Assembly (NCBI GenBank): GCA_002772995.1
Contig: PFCO01000001.1
Coordinates: 64,244-128,243 of the forward strand
Source: Candidatus Niyogibacteria bacterium CG10_big_fil_rev_8_21_14_0_10_46_36
GTDB lineage: Bacteria; Patescibacteriota; Minisyncoccia; 1-14-0-10-42-19
Reading direction: 5' to 3'
Length of the DNA: 64,000 nt
The stretch's first letter is position 1. Every line of letters begins with the position of its first letter. This document shows, in pieces, positions 61,415-64,000 of this stretch. Position numbers and translations under genes: made by a program. The notes beneath the pieces are model-generated. The model saw only the letters and a program-made list of their open reading frames with translations. It was not told where the DNA came from and ran no database searches.

Positions 61415-63346
61415 TTACCTTTCCGTATAACGCTTTTTTATTTTTTGAACGATAGAATCTGCATGAAGCCCATGGTAACGTAATGCTTCATCAGCAGTTC
61501 CGCACGCCGGGATATCTTCAATGCCAATCGTATACACTATCGGACACTCAATATTCTTTTGATAGAGACGGGTTATTTCTGCCATAAACCGTTCTCCAAG
61601 ACCGGTATCACAATAATGGTCGTCTATCACAAACACGCAAGAGAAATCTTCAAATGCGACACTACGGAGCCAGTTGCCATCAATGCAATTCAGCCACGGC
61701 ATGTTGAATATCGCAACAGAAATGCGTTCTTCCCGCCATGCCTGCTCTGCTGCTATCCATGCCTCGGTGAGCATCACGGGTCCGTACGCAAGAATTGCAA
61801 CATCATCTCCGCCCTTGAGCATCGCTCCCTTCCCCTTTTCAAGTTCATATGCAGGGGCAAGCTCGTATGGACATTCACACGGGACAGTAACAAGCCTGAT
61901 GTATGTACTTTCATCATTCTTTTCTACCGCCCAACGGATTGCCATGCGTGCTTCTTGTTCATTCGCCGGCTGAATGATTGTCATCCCCGGCATCGTCATA
62001 AGCGGGATATCGCGTACTGATTGGTGCGAATGGCCGGGACCCGCAGGAATGAGCCCCGCGAGCGAACCAGTATAAATTATCTTTGTCCGTTCGGTTGCAT
62101 TGTTGTATATCTGTTCATTCGGCCGGAGTGTTAAAAAACATCCAAACGAATGCACAACCGGCAAAAGCCCCCCCAACGCCATACCTCCCGCACGCGATAC
62201 CATGTCTTGTTCTGCTATGCCGCACTGGAAATACCGTTCTGGGAACTCTTCACGAAACTGCACGAGCCCGCAATCTTTTACCAAGTCTGCGTCAAGTGCA
62301 ACGATATCTCCCCGCTCACGCGCCATAGAAACAAGTTCTTCGCCATACGCAGAAACAAGTTTCTCTTGCTTCTTAGCTGAATTGGAAGTGGCAACAGCTG
62401 CCGTGCGCTTACGCACAGCCACCGGATGCATATTAAGCGCTGCGGTTTTTTGGGTGAGCGCAGAAAACAATTCTGCAAAAGCATGCTCGTACCGTTCCTG
62501 CGTAAGAGCGCCACTATGGTATTGATACCAGCCGTCTTCAGAACTATCTTCCATGAAAGAAACACCCTTGCCCTTAACCGTGTGTGCGATGATAACGCGT
62601 GGATTCCCGGGTTTTCTCTGGTCGTAAAATGCATGCCATAGAACATTTTCTAACGCAGAAATATCATGACCATTTATTTCAAAAGCATTCCATCCGAATG
62701 CTTCAAATTTCGCTTTTATGTTCCCGAGGTCGCTCGTTTCGGAAACCAGTCTGTCAGATTGATACTTGTTATGGTCAATAATAACGGTCAGTTCGCTCAT
62801 CTGCTCTGCTTTTGCCGAAACAAGCGATTCCCAGACCTGTCCTTCCTGCAATTCACCATCTCCGCATATAACATACACATTTCCCAGTTTGCCCTGGAGA
62901 CGCTTTGCGGATACCATGCCTTTTGCTTTTGATATTCCCATGCCAAGCGAGCCGGTGTTGGTTACCATACCCGGTATCATCCTGTCGGGGTGGCCTGGGA
63001 GTCCGCCTATTCTTCGCAATGCATGTATTTTTTCAAACGCAAGACGCTCCATACCGATTAACAACGCGTAGAATGCGGGCGCATCATGCCCCTTGGAGCT
63101 GAATATAATATCACTACTATAATCTGCGTTGTTTGGATTGTGTAAGCGACGCACCCAAATCCATGTCAGCATATCTATAACGCTGAAAGATGTCCCGATG
63201 TGCCCCGATCCCGCATTCTGTATCATGTAGAGTGCGTTTATCCGGAAGATATCGGCGAGAACAGGACACAGTGAAAATGTATCCTTAATGCTCTCTCTCA
63301 TCCGCCGGATCTCATCAAGCGGGATGTAATACATTATTTTTTTCAA
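61415..63346 (-). CDS. Transketolase-like TPP enzyme (N and C domains fused)
   Basis: SGHIG, SKGH, GSLGMG, GDGELQEG, GIAEQ, SHQ; TTG start after GGGAGG. Confidence 0.92.
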   Translation of the reverse strand: MKKIMYYIPLDEIRRMRESIKDTFSLCPVLADIFRINALYMIQNAGSGHIGTSFSVIDMLTWIWVRRLHNPNNADYSSDIIFSSKGHDAPAFYALLIGMERLAFEKIHALRRIGGLPGHPDRMIPGMVTNTGSLGMGISKAKGMVSAKRLQGKLGNVYVICGDGELQEGQVWESLVSAKAEQMSELTVIIDHNKYQSDRLVSETSDLGNIKAKFEAFGWNAFEINGHDISALENVLWHAFYDQRKPGNPRVIIAHTVKGKGVSFMEDSSEDGWYQYHSGALTQERYEHAFAELFSALTQKTAALNMHPVAVRKRTAAVATSNSAKKQEKLVSAYGEELVSMARERGDIVALDADLVKDCGLVQFREEFPERYFQCGIAEQDMVSRAGGMALGGLLPVVHSFGCFLTLRPNEQIYNNATERTKIIYTGSLAGLIPAGPGHSHQSVRDIPLMTMPGMTIIQPANEQEARMAIRWAVEKNDESTYIRLVTVPCECPYELAPAYELEKGKGAMLKGGDDVAILAYGPVMLTEAWIAAEQAWREERISVAIFNMPWLNCIDGNWLRSVAFEDFSCVFVIDDHYCDTGLGERFMAEITRLYQKNIECPIVYTIGIEDIPACGTADEALRYHGLHADSIVQKIKKRYTER

Positions 63347-63361
63347 GGCAGTAACCTCCCG

Positions 63362-64000
63362 TTAGTAAGCACTGAAGCCGCCATCGGCAATAAACACCGC
63401 GCCGGTAATATATGAGGATGCTTTCTCGGATGCAAGGAAAAGCATAAGTCCGTTATACTCATCTTCGTTTGCCATACGCCCGAGCATTGTTTTTTTCGAA
63501 TACGCGCGCACGAACGAATCATCTTGCTTCGCATACACACCTCCCAGCACAACGCAATTGACACGAATGGGTAACGACTGTTCTGCGCAGTACCCCGCAA
63601 GCCATCGCGTGAACCCTATCATCCCCGCTTTTGCGGTCGTGTAAGAATCCGGCTTAAAAAACTCAGCTCCATCATTGCGGCGAAAATCATAGAGGGACTG
63701 GTCGGGAGAGACTATCCCGTAGAGTGACGAGACATTGATGATGCTTGATTTCTGTGCTGGTATCTTTCGGCTCAGCGCGCGTATAAAGCTGCGCGACATA
63801 ACCCGGGCGCTCTTTAGATGAGACATAAGAACCTTTTCCCACGCCTCTTCATCAGTATGCTCAAACCGCCCAAAATCTTTCTCAGACGCATTTGGCGGCG
63901 CATCAATTCCGGCATTGTTGACAAGAATACTTGGAACATTCTCATCATATAGAGAGAGAAGCTCCATAAGTGAATAGACTTCTTCTTTGTTCGTTATATC
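63362..64000 (-). CDS. Short-chain dehydrogenase/reductase (5' end outside the window)
   Basis: LVNNAG, NVSSLYG, YTTAK, IRVN, SYITG, DGG. Confidence 0.9.
   Translation of the reverse strand, partial: DITNKEEVYSLMELLSLYDENVPSILVNNAGIDAPPNASEKDFGRFEHTDEEAWEKVLMSHLKSARVMSRSFIRALSRKIPAQKSSIINVSSLYGIVSPDQSLYDFRRNDGAEFFKPDSYTTAKAGMIGFTRWLAGYCAEQSLPIRVNCVVLGGVYAKQDDSFVRAYSKKTMLGRMANEDEYNGLMLFLASEKASSYITGAVFIADGGFSAY

Overview
A 64-kb, almost entirely minus-strand stretch of a bacterial chromosome. The gene content (short HrcA and AlaRS, monomeric PheRS, rplK without rplA, degenerate FtsA-like plus baseplate-J-like pair, AT-rich SD-less leaders) suggests Patescibacteria/CPR, probably Parcubacteria; this is inference. 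In order it holds: the hrcA-grpE-dnaK-dnaJ heat-shock operon with a perfect CIRCE; the infA-rpmJ-rpsM-rpsK-rpsD-rpoA-rplQ-rplM-rpsI cluster; alaS; secDF; an HD hydrolase; a thymidylate island (dCMP deaminase, dut, Nudix, tmk, thyA, DHFR fused to PurS); secE-nusG-rplK; gyrB; pheS; pyrH; a DacA-CdaR fusion; a degenerate histidine kinase with three receiver proteins; two tRNAs; corA; guaA; secA; hpf; and a >24-kb surface-glycan locus with nonulosonate genes and a CotH-VTC-DUF4956 module. The best leads are: (1) a 318-bp promoter-plus-gene cassette with a 6-bp target duplication inside an MTH1-like pseudogene; (2) the DHFR-PurS fusion; (3) the CotH/VTC/DUF4956 module; (4) a structure-dense 39.2-39.9 kb region (His-codon run abutting a terminator, a long hairpin, and a protamine-like gene with a structured leader); (5) recurrent leaderless promoters alongside SD-led accessory genes. 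All protein calls come from motif recognition by eye; no database searches were run.
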